DNA of 56,415 bases from a virus (lineage: Duplodnaviria; Caudoviricetes), in IMG/VR virus record IMGVR_UViG_3300048572_000044, positions 1-56,415 of that record; one strand, 5' to 3'. This document shows, piece by piece, positions 17,373 to 28,610 of the stretch. Numbering within the stretch: the first letter of the stretch is position 1; each line of letters begins with the position of its first letter. Under the pieces are notes generated by a model, which saw nothing but the letters and a program-made list of their open reading frames with translations, had not been told where the DNA came from and did no database searches. Both the position numbers and the translations under genes were made by a program.

Positions 17373-18677
17373 TTATTTGTATGTTATAAAAAATTGTATC
17401 GCAGTAACAGATGCGGATCCAATATTTAATTCAAAAATCAAATTAGCTGGAGCAGCACTTCGCACCGCTATAGCTACAATACCAACGTTATCAAAAACCG
17501 TTATTACACCCTTTATGGTCAAACTGGGAGCTGTAGTTATTATTCCCGCTGCAGCTAAATCTATGGTTAAATCATAAGTACCTGGCGGAAGGGTTGTTGT
17601 ATTAGCATACCCCTCTATTAATATTCCATTAATTCCCGGGAAAGTTCCACTATAGCTAGTACAAAGTAAAACCCAAGCATTTCCGCCACTATCGGTTACA
17701 GAAAATGCCAATGTTCCCGATAAATCACCTAACATAGCTAACGCATTGGTGTCTGTAAAGGATGTATCTCCTGGCGCACAATTCAACATATGCCACCGTT
17801 TGGTGCTATATCCAGCCGCCAAAACAGGATTTTGACTTCCCCCATTTGCCTGTAAAATGGCAATATGAGTTTCACCTGGTATGCTACTGTCTGCAACTTC
17901 TGAATATAATCCTAAATTATAAGTATTAGGTAAAGTACTTGTTTGTCGACTAAGAAAAACAAAAGGACCCAATCCATTTCTAACAAAGGAACCATTTTGA
18001 GCGCAACCAAATAATCCAGTAACATCTAAATTTCCACCAACTACCACATTATTAGTAACAGATAATCCACCAGCGCCAATAATTGAAACTAATCCAGCAA
18101 TATCGGTAATATCAGGAAATGGATTACCTATTATATATCCATAATTAAATGCACAATATCCATCAACATGAATTGTATAATTTGTTCCATCTGTTGTTGT
18201 AATTGCAAATAATGGATTATATAATAAAGGGTTAGACTGTGCTGCTATTTGAGCTAATGTCATTGCAGTTGGCGAAATAATTACATTAGTTGAAGTTGTA
18301 AATGGGTCAGTAGGTGTATTGAAACTTAATACTGCAACCACATAATATTGTGTAGCTGATATTGGACATGTAATTGTTGCAAATCCTACATTTGTAAAAT
18401 ATGCATAACATGGTTTAATAGAAGTATCCGTGGTTAAATTAGTTGCTTGATCTAAAAATCTAATTACACCACCAGCAAAAGAAAAAATATTGCTAGTGCC
18501 TACTTGATCAAATTTATTAACAATGTTACCAATTCCACTACAAATCGAACCTTGTGTAGCGGTTAAGTTTGGAAAAAATGCACTTAATTGTGCAGACATT
18601 GTTGCATAAAATAAGTCCATATTATTTGCATTGACATTTTCAAGATTAGCATAACCTTGAATCGTAAAATTACTCAT
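17373..18677 (-). CDS. baseplate-attached tail fibre protein
   Basis: Position after the baseplate genes; GLSVTNNVVVGGNLDVTG beta repeats. Confidence 0.65.
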   Translation of the reverse strand: MSNFTIQGYANLENVNANNMDLFYATMSAQLSAFFPNLTATQGSICSGIGNIVNKFDQVGTSNIFSFAGGVIRFLDQATNLTTDTSIKPCYAYFTNVGFATITCPISATQYYVVAVLSFNTPTDPFTTSTNVIISPTAMTLAQIAAQSNPLLYNPLFAITTTDGTNYTIHVDGYCAFNYGYIIGNPFPDITDIAGLVSIIGAGGLSVTNNVVVGGNLDVTGLFGCAQNGSFVRNGLGPFVFLSRQTSTLPNTYNLGLYSEVADSSIPGETHIAILQANGGSQNPVLAAGYSTKRWHMLNCAPGDTSFTDTNALAMLGDLSGTLAFSVTDSGGNAWVLLCTSYSGTFPGINGILIEGYANTTTLPPGTYDLTIDLAAAGIITTAPSLTIKGVITVFDNVGIVAIAVRSAAPANLIFELNIGSASVTAIQFFITYK

Positions 18678-18715
18678 TATATCCTTTCTAATACTAAAAA
18701 GTATTATATCATAAG

Positions 18716-20185
18716 TTATGAAATATTTATAAGATAACTATTTTGAACATTTCCTAAATAAGTATTTAAAATTAAATTACCCGTATTATTTAAAATTAAT
18801 ATTTCATTTGTACCATTATATGTAGGGCTTAATAATGTAGAAAATGGATAATATTCATTCCATAATAATGTTACATTATTTGCATAATATTGCATTAATG
18901 ATGCTAGATTAATTATTGGAACAGACGGTGTTGTTGTAATAGTTATTACGGTGTAAGGACTATTAGCTAATAAAAGATTATTTGGAACGGGCAATCCAGG
19001 AGTTGAGGGTATCAAATCCATTTGATTTCCAATATTATCTTCTACTCTAAGTGTATAATCTGTAATATCAATATCAGTTAATGGCCCAGAATATCCCAAT
19101 GCTTGTGCTAATATATTCGGATTATAAGCTATACAAGCGACATTATTTTGTCTTGGATCTTTCCAATAAGTATCATTTATATTAGTAAGGCCTAAATCAG
19201 TAAATGTATAATTATAATATACATTTATTAACATGCTTGCTCTAGTGATTCTTCTAATAAATTTATTTAATTCTAATTGAAATTCATCAGATAATGTATT
19301 TCCATCTATGATAAATACTGATATTGTAAAACTATTTACTCCTGGAAAGTCACTTCCATTATTAAAAATGGAATGACCTAATGAATTTATATTTAATATA
19401 AAAGCCCCTGGCACATTTACATTATCTTCACCAATTAAAACATATTTTTGTATACCTAATCTAAAATAAATATATTTAGAAATATTTAATGCTTCAAAAT
19501 ATGCATTTGTATTATTATTAATTGTAGTTTGATAAAATAAAGTTAATAAGCTATTATAATCAGTAATAAAGCCAGCTGTTTTTTGTAAATAAAGTTGATT
19601 AGTTCCAGTTAAAAACTGTTCCCACGCTGGATTTCCACTTGATGGATAAATAGAACCTACAGCCGTATTTATATCTATAAAAGCCGGGGTCTCTGAATTT
19701 TGAAAAAGAGTTTTTAATATTGAATTATCATATAATTGTAATAATGTGGTTACAATAGCGTTTGTTTTAAGATAAACATTAACATCATAAATTTTAGTTC
19801 CATCAGCTAACAAAGTATATTGTTTTTCAGTATATACATTTTTAGGTAAATAACTTCTATAATTTCTATATAATATTGTTTTATCAATTATTGGCAATGG
19901 CTGTACAAAACAAAAAGAAAAATATTGAGGCGGATTACTAGCATACGTAACCTTTAAATATAAAGTTATATTTTGATTTGTTCCTGTAACGGTTACAGCT
20001 CCAGTTGCAGTAGGAATATAATTAGTAAAAAGCGTAGCACCTGAAGTTGGTGATATTATTTCAATAGTACAACTTAAGGTCACATTTGTTAAAACACCTA
20101 CATTATCAATCCATCCGATTTGAAATGGAGAATATTGTCCTATATAGGCAGGATTAGGAAATAAGTAAAAAACTAATGTATTCAT
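18716..20185 (-). CDS. baseplate wedge protein
   Basis: Directly downstream of baseplate J; YLPKNVY and FILN.NSLG motifs. Confidence 0.55.
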   Translation of the reverse strand: MNTLVFYLFPNPAYIGQYSPFQIGWIDNVGVLTNVTLSCTIEIISPTSGATLFTNYIPTATGAVTVTGTNQNITLYLKVTYASNPPQYFSFCFVQPLPIIDKTILYRNYRSYLPKNVYTEKQYTLLADGTKIYDVNVYLKTNAIVTTLLQLYDNSILKTLFQNSETPAFIDINTAVGSIYPSSGNPAWEQFLTGTNQLYLQKTAGFITDYNSLLTLFYQTTINNNTNAYFEALNISKYIYFRLGIQKYVLIGEDNVNVPGAFILNINSLGHSIFNNGSDFPGVNSFTISVFIIDGNTLSDEFQLELNKFIRRITRASMLINVYYNYTFTDLGLTNINDTYWKDPRQNNVACIAYNPNILAQALGYSGPLTDIDITDYTLRVEDNIGNQMDLIPSTPGLPVPNNLLLANSPYTVITITTTPSVPIINLASLMQYYANNVTLLWNEYYPFSTLLSPTYNGTNEILILNNTGNLILNTYLGNVQNSYLINIS

Positions 20186-21616
20186 TTATGGCTGACTATT
20201 ATCTTTAACATTTAAAATTGTATAATCTACATCATATACTAAATAAGCTTCCCAAGAAGAACCAACTACTTTAAAAATAGTTGAAGATTCAAGACTTGGA
20301 ACGGCTATATAATCTGGTGTGGGATTTGATGAACCACCTGGAAAATATTCTATTTGTAATGCAATTAATATTGAAGCAAAATTTCCTTGAAAATTTCCAT
20401 TATTAGCTAATCCCTGTTGCATTATATTTTCAATATCACTAATTATTAAAAATTGATTAGCCGGATTGGGATTTAATACAACAGAAGTTCCCCCTAAAGG
20501 TGCTCTTAAAATTCCACGTCTAAATTCTCTTTTAATTAAATTCTCTACCGTAATATAACCCGGAGAAGGTAAATCTGGTAAAGTTAATTGAGTAGCTAAG
20601 GTTAATCCTGGACTTAAAGATACTTTAATATCGAAATATGTACCCACCACTGTAGTATCAACAACTCTTGCAGATGGCATACTATTACTAAATTCATAAG
20701 TTATTACAGTAAGTACAAATGGATTATCATTTTCAGGTTTAACACCATCTATATAAGTTTGAACATTTTCCACATCTAGATCAGGGGTAGTTCTATTTAC
20801 GGGTGCTGGAGTTTGATTAAATCCATTACTAATATTACCATCAACATAATAATCAGTATTTGAGTTTCCAGATAATACTATCGGAAATAAAATATTATTA
20901 TTACCAATACTATTTGTTTGAATAATAGTAGCTTGTGTTACATTGGATGAACCCAAAAAACACCATCCAATGTAATCTCCATCACTACCACCACCTCTAG
21001 GGTTTTGAGCAAAATCAAATATTCTTAATGCAAATTGTTGATCATTTTCTATGTCAGAACCTGCAATCATATTCCCAGTTACTGTTGCTGTACTAACTAA
21101 AATACTTGTAGGTACTGTAAATGGTGTGGCAAAAGTTAAAATATCTCCCGCTGGACTTTCTGTACCCGTTCCTAATAAAACGGACATAATTGGTAGCGTT
21201 ATAGTATTAACAATTGTCAATGTAGGAATAATTACATCTCGTGTAGTTTTATATTGATTATTAGTTACACTACTTTGTAATAATGTTCCTTCTAAAATAG
21301 TATAGCTCGCTGATGATGTTCCAACAGCAATTAATGTAACAGTTCCCAATGATGGCAAAGCCCCCATTCTTGGGGTCATCCCTAAATCTGCCGCATGTTT
21401 ATCTAAATAAGTACTATTAGAACTAGCTGGAAATATATTATTATAAAATAATTGAATGTCTTGGACTATATTTGCAGCTATTTGTGAAGCGCCATTTCCA
21501 ACAAAATAAAAATCTCCTCCAGGTATAGAGGGAACTAAATTAGGATTCAATGATGTTATTGAATTAAAAAATACCTGCAAAAATTGCACTTGACTTTGTG
21601 GTAAAATATTACCCAT
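20186..21616 (-). CDS. baseplate J-like protein (Mu gp47-like)
   Basis: YLDKHAADLGM, GSDIEND..RI..PRGGGS..DY..W. Confidence 0.85.
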   Translation of the reverse strand: MGNILPQSQVQFLQVFFNSITSLNPNLVPSIPGGDFYFVGNGASQIAANIVQDIQLFYNNIFPASSNSTYLDKHAADLGMTPRMGALPSLGTVTLIAVGTSSASYTILEGTLLQSSVTNNQYKTTRDVIIPTLTIVNTITLPIMSVLLGTGTESPAGDILTFATPFTVPTSILVSTATVTGNMIAGSDIENDQQFALRIFDFAQNPRGGGSDGDYIGWCFLGSSNVTQATIIQTNSIGNNNILFPIVLSGNSNTDYYVDGNISNGFNQTPAPVNRTTPDLDVENVQTYIDGVKPENDNPFVLTVITYEFSNSMPSARVVDTTVVGTYFDIKVSLSPGLTLATQLTLPDLPSPGYITVENLIKREFRRGILRAPLGGTSVVLNPNPANQFLIISDIENIMQQGLANNGNFQGNFASILIALQIEYFPGGSSNPTPDYIAVPSLESSTIFKVVGSSWEAYLVYDVDYTILNVKDNSQP

Positions 21617-21992
21617 TTAAAGCCCCTTTTATAAAATCTATTGGCAATTCATATGTAATTTTATTAGTATCAGTAATAAAACAAATAAGTTCAATTAAAT
21701 TACCCGTAATTAATGGAACCTTTATAGAAATAGCTAATGCTCTTCCTTGATCTATCATTGGTTGTAATGCATTGCTTTGCATTGTAGTAATAGCGGATTC
21801 AGTTAAAATCCCCCGTGTATTTATTTTTAAAATCAATTCATTACCAAATAATGGATTAAAAGCATAAGTACCTAATGGTGTATTTGATCTAGTATATGCC
21901 TCAGTAAGTAATGCATTTTTTTGTATTAACAATCCATTTTGTGCAATATAATCTTGTGTTTCTGCTTTAATAAAGGTAGCTAATAATGTCAT
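21609..21992 (-). CDS. baseplate protein (Mu gp46/gp25-like)
   Basis: TPLGTYAFNPLFGNEL..ALQPMIDQGRA; synteny. Confidence 0.75.
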   Translation of the reverse strand: MTLLATFIKAETQDYIAQNGLLIQKNALLTEAYTRSNTPLGTYAFNPLFGNELILKINTRGILTESAITTMQSNALQPMIDQGRALAISIKVPLITGNLIELICFITDTNKITYELPIDFIKGALNG

Positions 21993-22627
21993 GTTAATAC
22001 CTCACCATTAATATTGATATACATTTTTGATGGTGTTGTATTAATAAAAGTATAATCATTAGTAAATCTACTAGTCTCCGTATATGAATTTTGAGGTTGA
22101 TTCGGAGGTGTAGTTGTACTTCCAGTAACAGGATGAGTATGTAAATTATATGTACTTACCATAGTATTCACTGCCGCCTCTAAAGCCCTAATTTCTTTCA
22201 TAATATCTATTAAAATTAATACAATATTTTCACTAATTGGTAATATGGTTGTTATAACTGCATCAGCATTATTGGTAAATGTACTAATAAGAGCATCTAA
22301 TTTTGCTTTAAGAGTAAAATTACCAGCACTGAATATACCAGATTCACCTTTAACCATTTCTGACATATTGCTGTCTTTAGGTAAAGAGTTAGTATATCCC
22401 GCTATACCAATAGCATTATAAGCGCTTGTGCCAAGATATATGCCATTAGCATTATCATCTGGCATGCTTATAAATCCATATGGAGATAATATCGGCACAT
22501 CGGATTTAACATATCCATCAATAGTGTTATAATTAACAGATACCGTTACAGCCGCAGAAGTACTATTCTCACTCGGAGTAAAATTTAATTTAGGACTAAA
22601 AGTATAACAGTTATAAAAGCCACTCAT
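21989..22627 (-). CDS. baseplate spike (Mu gp45-like)
   Basis: PYGFISMP, GESGIF, C-terminal HTH metal-binding motif (NLHTHP). Confidence 0.8.
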   Translation of the reverse strand: MSGFYNCYTFSPKLNFTPSENSTSAAVTVSVNYNTIDGYVKSDVPILSPYGFISMPDDNANGIYLGTSAYNAIGIAGYTNSLPKDSNMSEMVKGESGIFSAGNFTLKAKLDALISTFTNNADAVITTILPISENIVLILIDIMKEIRALEAAVNTMVSTYNLHTHPVTGSTTTPPNQPQNSYTETSRFTNDYTFINTTPSKMYININGEVLT

Positions 22628-24252
22628 ATCTGCTCCACACTATCGCACCATAATGCTGTAAATACATAAGGCTTACATAAATTAAGTGTCGTCACCGATC
22701 CATTAGCTCCCCAATGAAGATTAAATCCATAACAAAATAATTCTACTTGACCATCAAAATTATTATTATTGACAACTGGCATTTTTACCATTTGATTTAA
22801 TGGTAATTGTCTAAATCTACCTAATTCTGTACTGTAAGTAGAAACTGTAGCCATATTTATATCTACTAATAAATCCTCAAATAAACTTTCTGCTAATTTC
22901 CTACTCGCATATAATGACATTAAATATTTGACAAAATCAAGTTTAGCATTTATATTAGTAATATGTGAATTTTTATTATCTATATTTAATACTGATATCA
23001 TTCCAGTAACGCCATTTACCATATTAATTGCAGTATTAAGTATACCACTATTTTGCAGTATTGCATTACCATCAAATGCCTCAATATCAAAAATAGTTTG
23101 TAATCCTAATGTACTTTGAACCATATCATAAGCACGTGGAAATAAATTTTGTGGAGGAGTAGCTATACTAAATGCTGAATTAGATTGAGTAGAATTTGGA
23201 TTGGATTGATTAAATTCAGTAAATAATTGATTAAATGTGCAATATGCTCTATTTTGTATTAATGCAGTATTTTTAATATTTTTAATACCCAACAATGGAA
23301 TTGAATTAGGATCACCAAATAAATCAACTTTCCAATTTTCTGTTTCATCAAAAAATGTACTAAGTGGAGTAATAATAAAATCACCCTTAGGATCAACATA
23401 AAATACACGCTGATAAGGGTATAAAATTTGTAATATACAATCTAATTTAGTTCCCGTAGGAACTGTTATAGCAAATACCCAAGAATCAGCATTAATTGCA
23501 CTTCCTTTAGTGAGACTTGGATTATTTGGATCAGGTTTACCTATTGCAATTTGTTCTGAAATTCCATCTGTTACGCCGCCAAAATATTGAGTTTCTGAAA
23601 TTGTTTGATTAATATAAGTTTCATTTAATAATTTACTTAATAAATCATCAAATTGAATATTTGTAGGCGCTATACTTGTAAGAGTTAATCCATTAATTAT
23701 TTGATCTGATTGAGTTTGTACCATTTGACTACGTTGTAATATATTTGGTAAATATCCAGCGGTAAAGGTTATTTTTGTTCCAGATAAATCAGAATCTATT
23801 TCAGGAGTTTCTATAGAACCCACAAATAACGGTTGAAGTCCCGCTGATTCTGGTGTAAAATAATAAACTCTAATTATATCATTAGCTCTAAATAAATCAC
23901 AAAATGGACTAGCAAATAAATTTTTACCATTTCCAGAATTTATAACAAGAGAAAATCCAACTCTACCGACTGGATTAAAAATATTACCTGATACAAAAAA
24001 TTCTGTAAATATAATTGGATTATAATTATCTAATGAATTAATGCTACTATCAGAATTTGTTCCATTTGGATAATAATAAACTGGATTTCCATTATCATAT
24101 AAAAATGTTCTTTGTTGTGTTCCTGATATTTCAAAATCTATTGAATCCACACGCTGAATGCCACCTAATGTTAAAAACTTTCCATTAATTGGATCACCAT
24201 TTGTTATAATGGGTTCTATAGTTATATGATATATAATTTGCGTTGGGTTCAT
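22624..24252 (-). CDS. baseplate hub (Mu gp44-like)
   Basis: Synteny; FYVDPKGDFII and terminal GSVTTLNL. Confidence 0.7.
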   Translation of the reverse strand: MNPTQIIYHITIEPIITNGDPINGKFLTLGGIQRVDSIDFEISGTQQRTFLYDNGNPVYYYPNGTNSDSSINSLDNYNPIIFTEFFVSGNIFNPVGRVGFSLVINSGNGKNLFASPFCDLFRANDIIRVYYFTPESAGLQPLFVGSIETPEIDSDLSGTKITFTAGYLPNILQRSQMVQTQSDQIINGLTLTSIAPTNIQFDDLLSKLLNETYINQTISETQYFGGVTDGISEQIAIGKPDPNNPSLTKGSAINADSWVFAITVPTGTKLDCILQILYPYQRVFYVDPKGDFIITPLSTFFDETENWKVDLFGDPNSIPLLGIKNIKNTALIQNRAYCTFNQLFTEFNQSNPNSTQSNSAFSIATPPQNLFPRAYDMVQSTLGLQTIFDIEAFDGNAILQNSGILNTAINMVNGVTGMISVLNIDNKNSHITNINAKLDFVKYLMSLYASRKLAESLFEDLLVDINMATVSTYSTELGRFRQLPLNQMVKMPVVNNNNFDGQVELFCYGFNLHWGANGSVTTLNLCKPYVFTALWCDSVEQI

Positions 24253-25532
24253 AATGCCCCAGCAGTATTAGGATTGGTAGATAATGGTAATCTTAATGAT
24301 GTATGTTTAGCTATAAAATTGGTACTAAAAATTACTGATTGATTTAATTTAAGAATCGTACTACTTTGAGTATTATAATTAAGATTATTTAAAAAACATA
24401 TATCAAATAAATTTGTATCATATGGCGTGGTATATAATTTAGTAGAACCATAAAAACTATTTAATAATGCCAATGCTAATCCATTAATTTGTGATTGTAA
24501 ATTAATTAAAGCAGTAATGCTATCATAAATTGGATTATCATTAACTGTTTGTAAAACAGCAATACAGTCATCAATAGAATTATCACTATATGTCAATAAT
24601 GTATTAACATCAGTAGGTGTCATATTACTACTAAAATAATATAATTGTGATAATGCAACTATTGGTGTGGTTTTTGTTTTAGATAATTGAACATTATTGT
24701 AACCTGGAGGTTGTAGATTATTTACCAAAAATTGAGTAATACTAACACTTATGTTGCATGTACTAATTACAGCAGCTTGGCTATTTTTCAATGCATTTTG
24801 TACAGAACTTGTATTGCCAGAAGAACCAAAAGTATTTTGAATAGCCTTAATTTCACCCCATGTATTTAATAAACCAGTAATGATACTTAATATAGAAGTT
24901 ATTCCAGAGGTTATACTATTTAATGTACTTGAAATATTTTTCGCAAGTGTTGCTACAGGCTTGGTGCAAACAAAAGTAAATTGATATAAACAACATCTCC
25001 ACATTTTAGGATCATGAATTTGGCGTTTACTTATCATCATTACATTTTCAATTCTTCCTAAAATTGGATGAACCAAAACATTTCTATCTGAATTAGATAT
25101 ATTTGAATCATTTAAAAATGCATTTAAAATATTATTTAATGCTTGAGAATAGGCCGCTCCATATAAAATACCTTGAATAGAAAAAGTATCACCAAACCAT
25201 CCTTGATCTTCAAATATATCAGCATTATTTGGTGGTCTATGAATTACTAATTTACGATGAGTTTCATCTGCAATGGCTGTACCTGTAGCATGTGTTCCAT
25301 ATGGAAGACTTGTATTATCTTGTGAATTTGAAGTAATTCCAAGTAAATTTTCCGTTGCATCAATAATCCCAGCAGCAGGGTTTAAATCTTGATTTAATCT
25401 ATCTAATACAGAAGGCACTACATGAAAAGCAACGCCATTATATGTGCCAGTTTGTATTTGCCACCCATCTAATCCTAATTCATGGGCAATCGCTTGAGCT
25501 TGTGCTACAGCACCTAATACTGATATTGCCAT
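24249..25532 (-). CDS. Mu gp43-like 'DNA circularisation' tail protein
   Basis: GTYNGVAFHV, RKLVIHR, EDQG, LVHPILG motifs. Confidence 0.8.
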   Translation of the reverse strand: MAISVLGAVAQAQAIAHELGLDGWQIQTGTYNGVAFHVVPSVLDRLNQDLNPAAGIIDATENLLGITSNSQDNTSLPYGTHATGTAIADETHRKLVIHRPPNNADIFEDQGWFGDTFSIQGILYGAAYSQALNNILNAFLNDSNISNSDRNVLVHPILGRIENVMMISKRQIHDPKMWRCCLYQFTFVCTKPVATLAKNISSTLNSITSGITSILSIITGLLNTWGEIKAIQNTFGSSGNTSSVQNALKNSQAAVISTCNISVSITQFLVNNLQPPGYNNVQLSKTKTTPIVALSQLYYFSSNMTPTDVNTLLTYSDNSIDDCIAVLQTVNDNPIYDSITALINLQSQINGLALALLNSFYGSTKLYTTPYDTNLFDICFLNNLNYNTQSSTILKLNQSVIFSTNFIAKHTSLRLPLSTNPNTAGAL

Positions 25533-27433
25533 TATTTATTTAATCCAAAATAAGATTTATTGTACGCAGTCATTGCCGCGGCTTCTCTTTGCTGATTTGG
25601 CGATATTGCATGACCTGATGTGGCATTATATCCAGTTCCAGTGCTACCACTCATTGGTTTAGCCGCCGGAACTTTAGCTGGCGCTAATCTATGTTCACCA
25701 CCAATAGCTCCGCCTAATTTTGACATTAATCCATTAAATGCATTAGTTAATTGATTTGTTGTATCTTTTAATTGTGAAAGAGTTCCAGATGTGGCTTCTA
25801 TTTCTCCATTTAATGTACCAATAGCTTTTTCTAAAGTAACGCCTTCTGCATTTTTAGCAATAGTTTGATTTGTTAAATCTTGAATTTTTTTTTGTGAAGA
25901 TGTTGAAGTAATATCTCTTAAATCACTTTGTTTATTAACAGTTTGCTCATTGGTAAGATTATAAAGTTGTTCAAAGCCCATAGCTCTAGGATCTAAAGCT
26001 CCTAAATTGCCAGTTTTCTCAAAATTCAATGCATTTTTTCTATATGCTTGTGCTCTGGCATCGCCTTTACCTGTTACTAAATTGGGAAGATTTACACCAT
26101 AAATACTTTTAGATATAAAATTTTGCATTCCTCTGCTGGTAATTGGCTGGCTATAATAACTAGATAATGCCCCCTGTGCGCCAGAATTAAGACCTGTAGC
26201 ACGAGCTGCCAATTCAGCAGCATCTGATGCGCCCATACCAGCCTGTTTAAACATCATTGCACTAGCAGCTGTACTTGCAGGATCAACAACCCCATAAGCG
26301 CTAAAACTTTGTTTCATTTTGTCAATAAAACCACTTTGTTGTTTTTGATTCATTCCTTGTGTTAAAAATGATACCGCTCCAGTTAATCCGGCCCCTTGTT
26401 GAATAGACATATTGCCAGCGCGTACATAATCAGTTAATTTATCTATTTCTTTAAAATTACGATTATATACACCAGCAGCTTTAGACATGGCTAAAACCAA
26501 AGGCTGTTCAACATCAGTAATCCGTCTGTTATACATACCTTGTGTATATATACCCTGTGCCGCTTGATTAGTTGCTGATAAAGCTTGAGCATTCATTGTA
26601 TTATTAACTAATGAACTAGCTGCCATAGATTTTAAGTTAGTTTGGGAAGATGCGTAGGATCCATATAAACCACCCACAAGACTGCCTGCAACTGCACCAA
26701 TAGCTGTTCCAATTACGGGTACTACAGAACCGATTATAGCACCTATACCAGCAGCACCCAATCCTACATAAGCATTTTCTTTTTGAGTATTAGCTTGCAT
26801 TACACCAGCTACTTGACCTCCATAATCATATCCATTGGTATATGGATTTTGCATCATAGCTAATCCAGCGGTTGATTGTGAGCTAAATAATTTACTAGCG
26901 GTGCTTAAAACTAAACCAGCGCCTCCAATAGCGGTAAATACTTGAGATAATTTACTTTGATTAACACCTTTATTAATTCCGCCACTTAAACTTTCAGATA
27001 CATCACTTTCTAATTTCTTAGCAAATTTTGTATCACCACTAAGTTTATATTCAGAAGCACGTTTAAGAATATCATTTTTTAAATCTTGACGCTGTTTTTC
27101 TGTTTCAATTCTCAATAAATTAGCTTCCGCTCTTTGTTGTGATATTTGTTTACCTTGTGGATCATTGAGAAAATCTGATCGGGTCTTATATGCCTCAGCC
27201 CGCATACGTGATGTGGTTTGAGCATATGAAGGCTCTCCACCTTTAGATAAATTTTCTTTAATTGAATTGAATTTAAGGGTGAATGATTTTAAATTACTAG
27301 ATAGGGATTTAATACTTTCATTAAGTGTGGACATAGATGAACCTAGTCCACCGCCAGTATCAGCCCCTCCGTGTGCTCCAGAAGTTGTATCACTAGATTC
27401 GGTTTTTAAACGAAATACAATTTCATCTTGCAT
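25532..27433 (-). CDS. tape measure protein
   Basis: Ala/Gly/Ser-rich, helical; GAIIGSVVPVIGTAIGAVAG; follows the chaperone. Confidence 0.8.
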   Translation of the reverse strand: MQDEIVFRLKTESSDTTSGAHGGADTGGGLGSSMSTLNESIKSLSSNLKSFTLKFNSIKENLSKGGEPSYAQTTSRMRAEAYKTRSDFLNDPQGKQISQQRAEANLLRIETEKQRQDLKNDILKRASEYKLSGDTKFAKKLESDVSESLSGGINKGVNQSKLSQVFTAIGGAGLVLSTASKLFSSQSTAGLAMMQNPYTNGYDYGGQVAGVMQANTQKENAYVGLGAAGIGAIIGSVVPVIGTAIGAVAGSLVGGLYGSYASSQTNLKSMAASSLVNNTMNAQALSATNQAAQGIYTQGMYNRRITDVEQPLVLAMSKAAGVYNRNFKEIDKLTDYVRAGNMSIQQGAGLTGAVSFLTQGMNQKQQSGFIDKMKQSFSAYGVVDPASTAASAMMFKQAGMGASDAAELAARATGLNSGAQGALSSYYSQPITSRGMQNFISKSIYGVNLPNLVTGKGDARAQAYRKNALNFEKTGNLGALDPRAMGFEQLYNLTNEQTVNKQSDLRDITSTSSQKKIQDLTNQTIAKNAEGVTLEKAIGTLNGEIEATSGTLSQLKDTTNQLTNAFNGLMSKLGGAIGGEHRLAPAKVPAAKPMSGSTGTGYNATSGHAISPNQQREAAAMTAYNKSYFGLNK

Positions 27434-27435
27434 TA

Positions 27436-27642
27436 TTAACCCTTACCTAATGTACCATATGATTGATTTAAATTACCTAAAATTTGATTTCTTTGTGCTA
27501 ATTCTGATTGACGGATGAGGTATCTATTAATGAATCTATAATAGAAGTATTGCCCTCTAGTTCGATCACTACATCTAATAATTTGTTCAACGCATTTGAC
27601 GTCTGATTGGAAGTCAATCCAGTCATAATAATTGACTTTTTT
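27436..27642 (-). CDS. -1 frameshift extension of the tail chaperone (GT form, ~239 aa in total)
   Basis: A AAA AAG at 27642-27636; the -1 frame is open for 67 codons (KVNYYDWIDF...LGKG) to TAA 27438-27436, just before the tape measure ATG. Confidence 0.8.
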   Translation of the reverse strand, partial: KKVNYYDWIDFQSDVKCVEQIIRCSDRTRGQYFYYRFINRYLIRQSELAQRNQILGNLNQSYGTLGKG

Positions 27643-28154
27643 TCTGGGTCTAGTAACCTCACAAGTAACCGATTAACTTCCTCTTCATCAATTTGATTAA
27701 TTGTTGGATTATATTCTTTTTCGAGACGCTCATATTCCGTAACAAGTGCTGCAAGCGTGTAAGAGGTTAAAGATCCAACTTCATCTTCAGATAAATATCG
27801 TTTACTTGTGGCTTCGATACAAACGCTTGTAGCTAAACTTATTAATTTTTTTTGAAACATTTTTTCAAAATTAATATTAAATAAAAGACCCTTAAAATGA
27901 GGAAATTTTTCAGCCATTTCAACAACACAACTATGTTGAAGATGCGTTTCTTCGTCCCGAGATATTACTCTCAGAGGAATTTCTTCACCATATATTTTTG
28001 TATAATGAATTTCTCGAGTACCTTTGCCAATTTTTATCAGTCTCTCAAAATTCAAACCTAAATTATTGGCAACAATCTCTCTTTTTACTTCTGGATCTTG
28101 TAATCGTTTATCTTGTTCTACATATTCATCAATGATGCTCATTGTTGCAGACAT
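27498..28154 (-). CDS. tail assembly chaperone (G form)
   Basis: Between tube and tape measure genes; contains slippery site A AAA AAG. Confidence 0.75.
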   Translation of the reverse strand: MSATMSIIDEYVEQDKRLQDPEVKREIVANNLGLNFERLIKIGKGTREIHYTKIYGEEIPLRVISRDEETHLQHSCVVEMAEKFPHFKGLLFNINFEKMFQKKLISLATSVCIEATSKRYLSEDEVGSLTSYTLAALVTEYERLEKEYNPTINQIDEEEVNRLLVRLLDPEKKSIIMTGLTSNQTSNALNKLLDVVIELEGNTSIIDSLIDTSSVNQN

Positions 28155-28155
28155 A

Positions 28156-28599
28156 TTATACGGCTCCTAACCAGAAATCAGGACTACGCACATAGAACAC
28201 TAAATCATTTTTAACATTTATACCCAATGAAGCCGGCATATCATCATTAGCCCATGCTACATTAGGAAGAACATATACATTGCCACCCTTATAAACATCA
28301 GTACCGTAATTACCCGCAGCAGCAATCAATAATAAATTGACTTCATTAGCATCATAATCAAAACTACTAAAATCTATTGGTAATGTATTAGATTGTAAAT
28401 TAATAGTAATTCTAAAAATTACTTTTTTATTACCTAAAACTGTACCTGATATTTGATGATTTTCACTAAATCCTTCAACCCAAGAAATTCCACCATCTCT
28501 ACTTACAGATAAAGATACTACATTACCAGGTTTACCGCCAATATCTTGACCATTAATTTCAACACGAAATCGGTCAAAATAAATTCCTACTCCAGCCAT
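28156..28599 (-). CDS. tail tube protein
   Basis: 147 aa, beta-rich, immediately after the sheath. Confidence 0.7.
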   Translation of the reverse strand: MAGVGIYFDRFRVEINGQDIGGKPGNVVSLSVSRDGGISWVEGFSENHQISGTVLGNKKVIFRITINLQSNTLPIDFSSFDYDANEVNLLLIAAAGNYGTDVYKGGNVYVLPNVAWANDDMPASLGINVKNDLVFYVRSPDFWLGAV

Positions 28600-28610
28600 A
28601 TCTATACTCC

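Noticed and set aside
12393-18677. Diversity-generating retroelement or invertible fibre cassette
   Set aside because: No reverse transcriptase or invertase; the shared blocks differ at all base types, not only adenines; all genes are co-oriented
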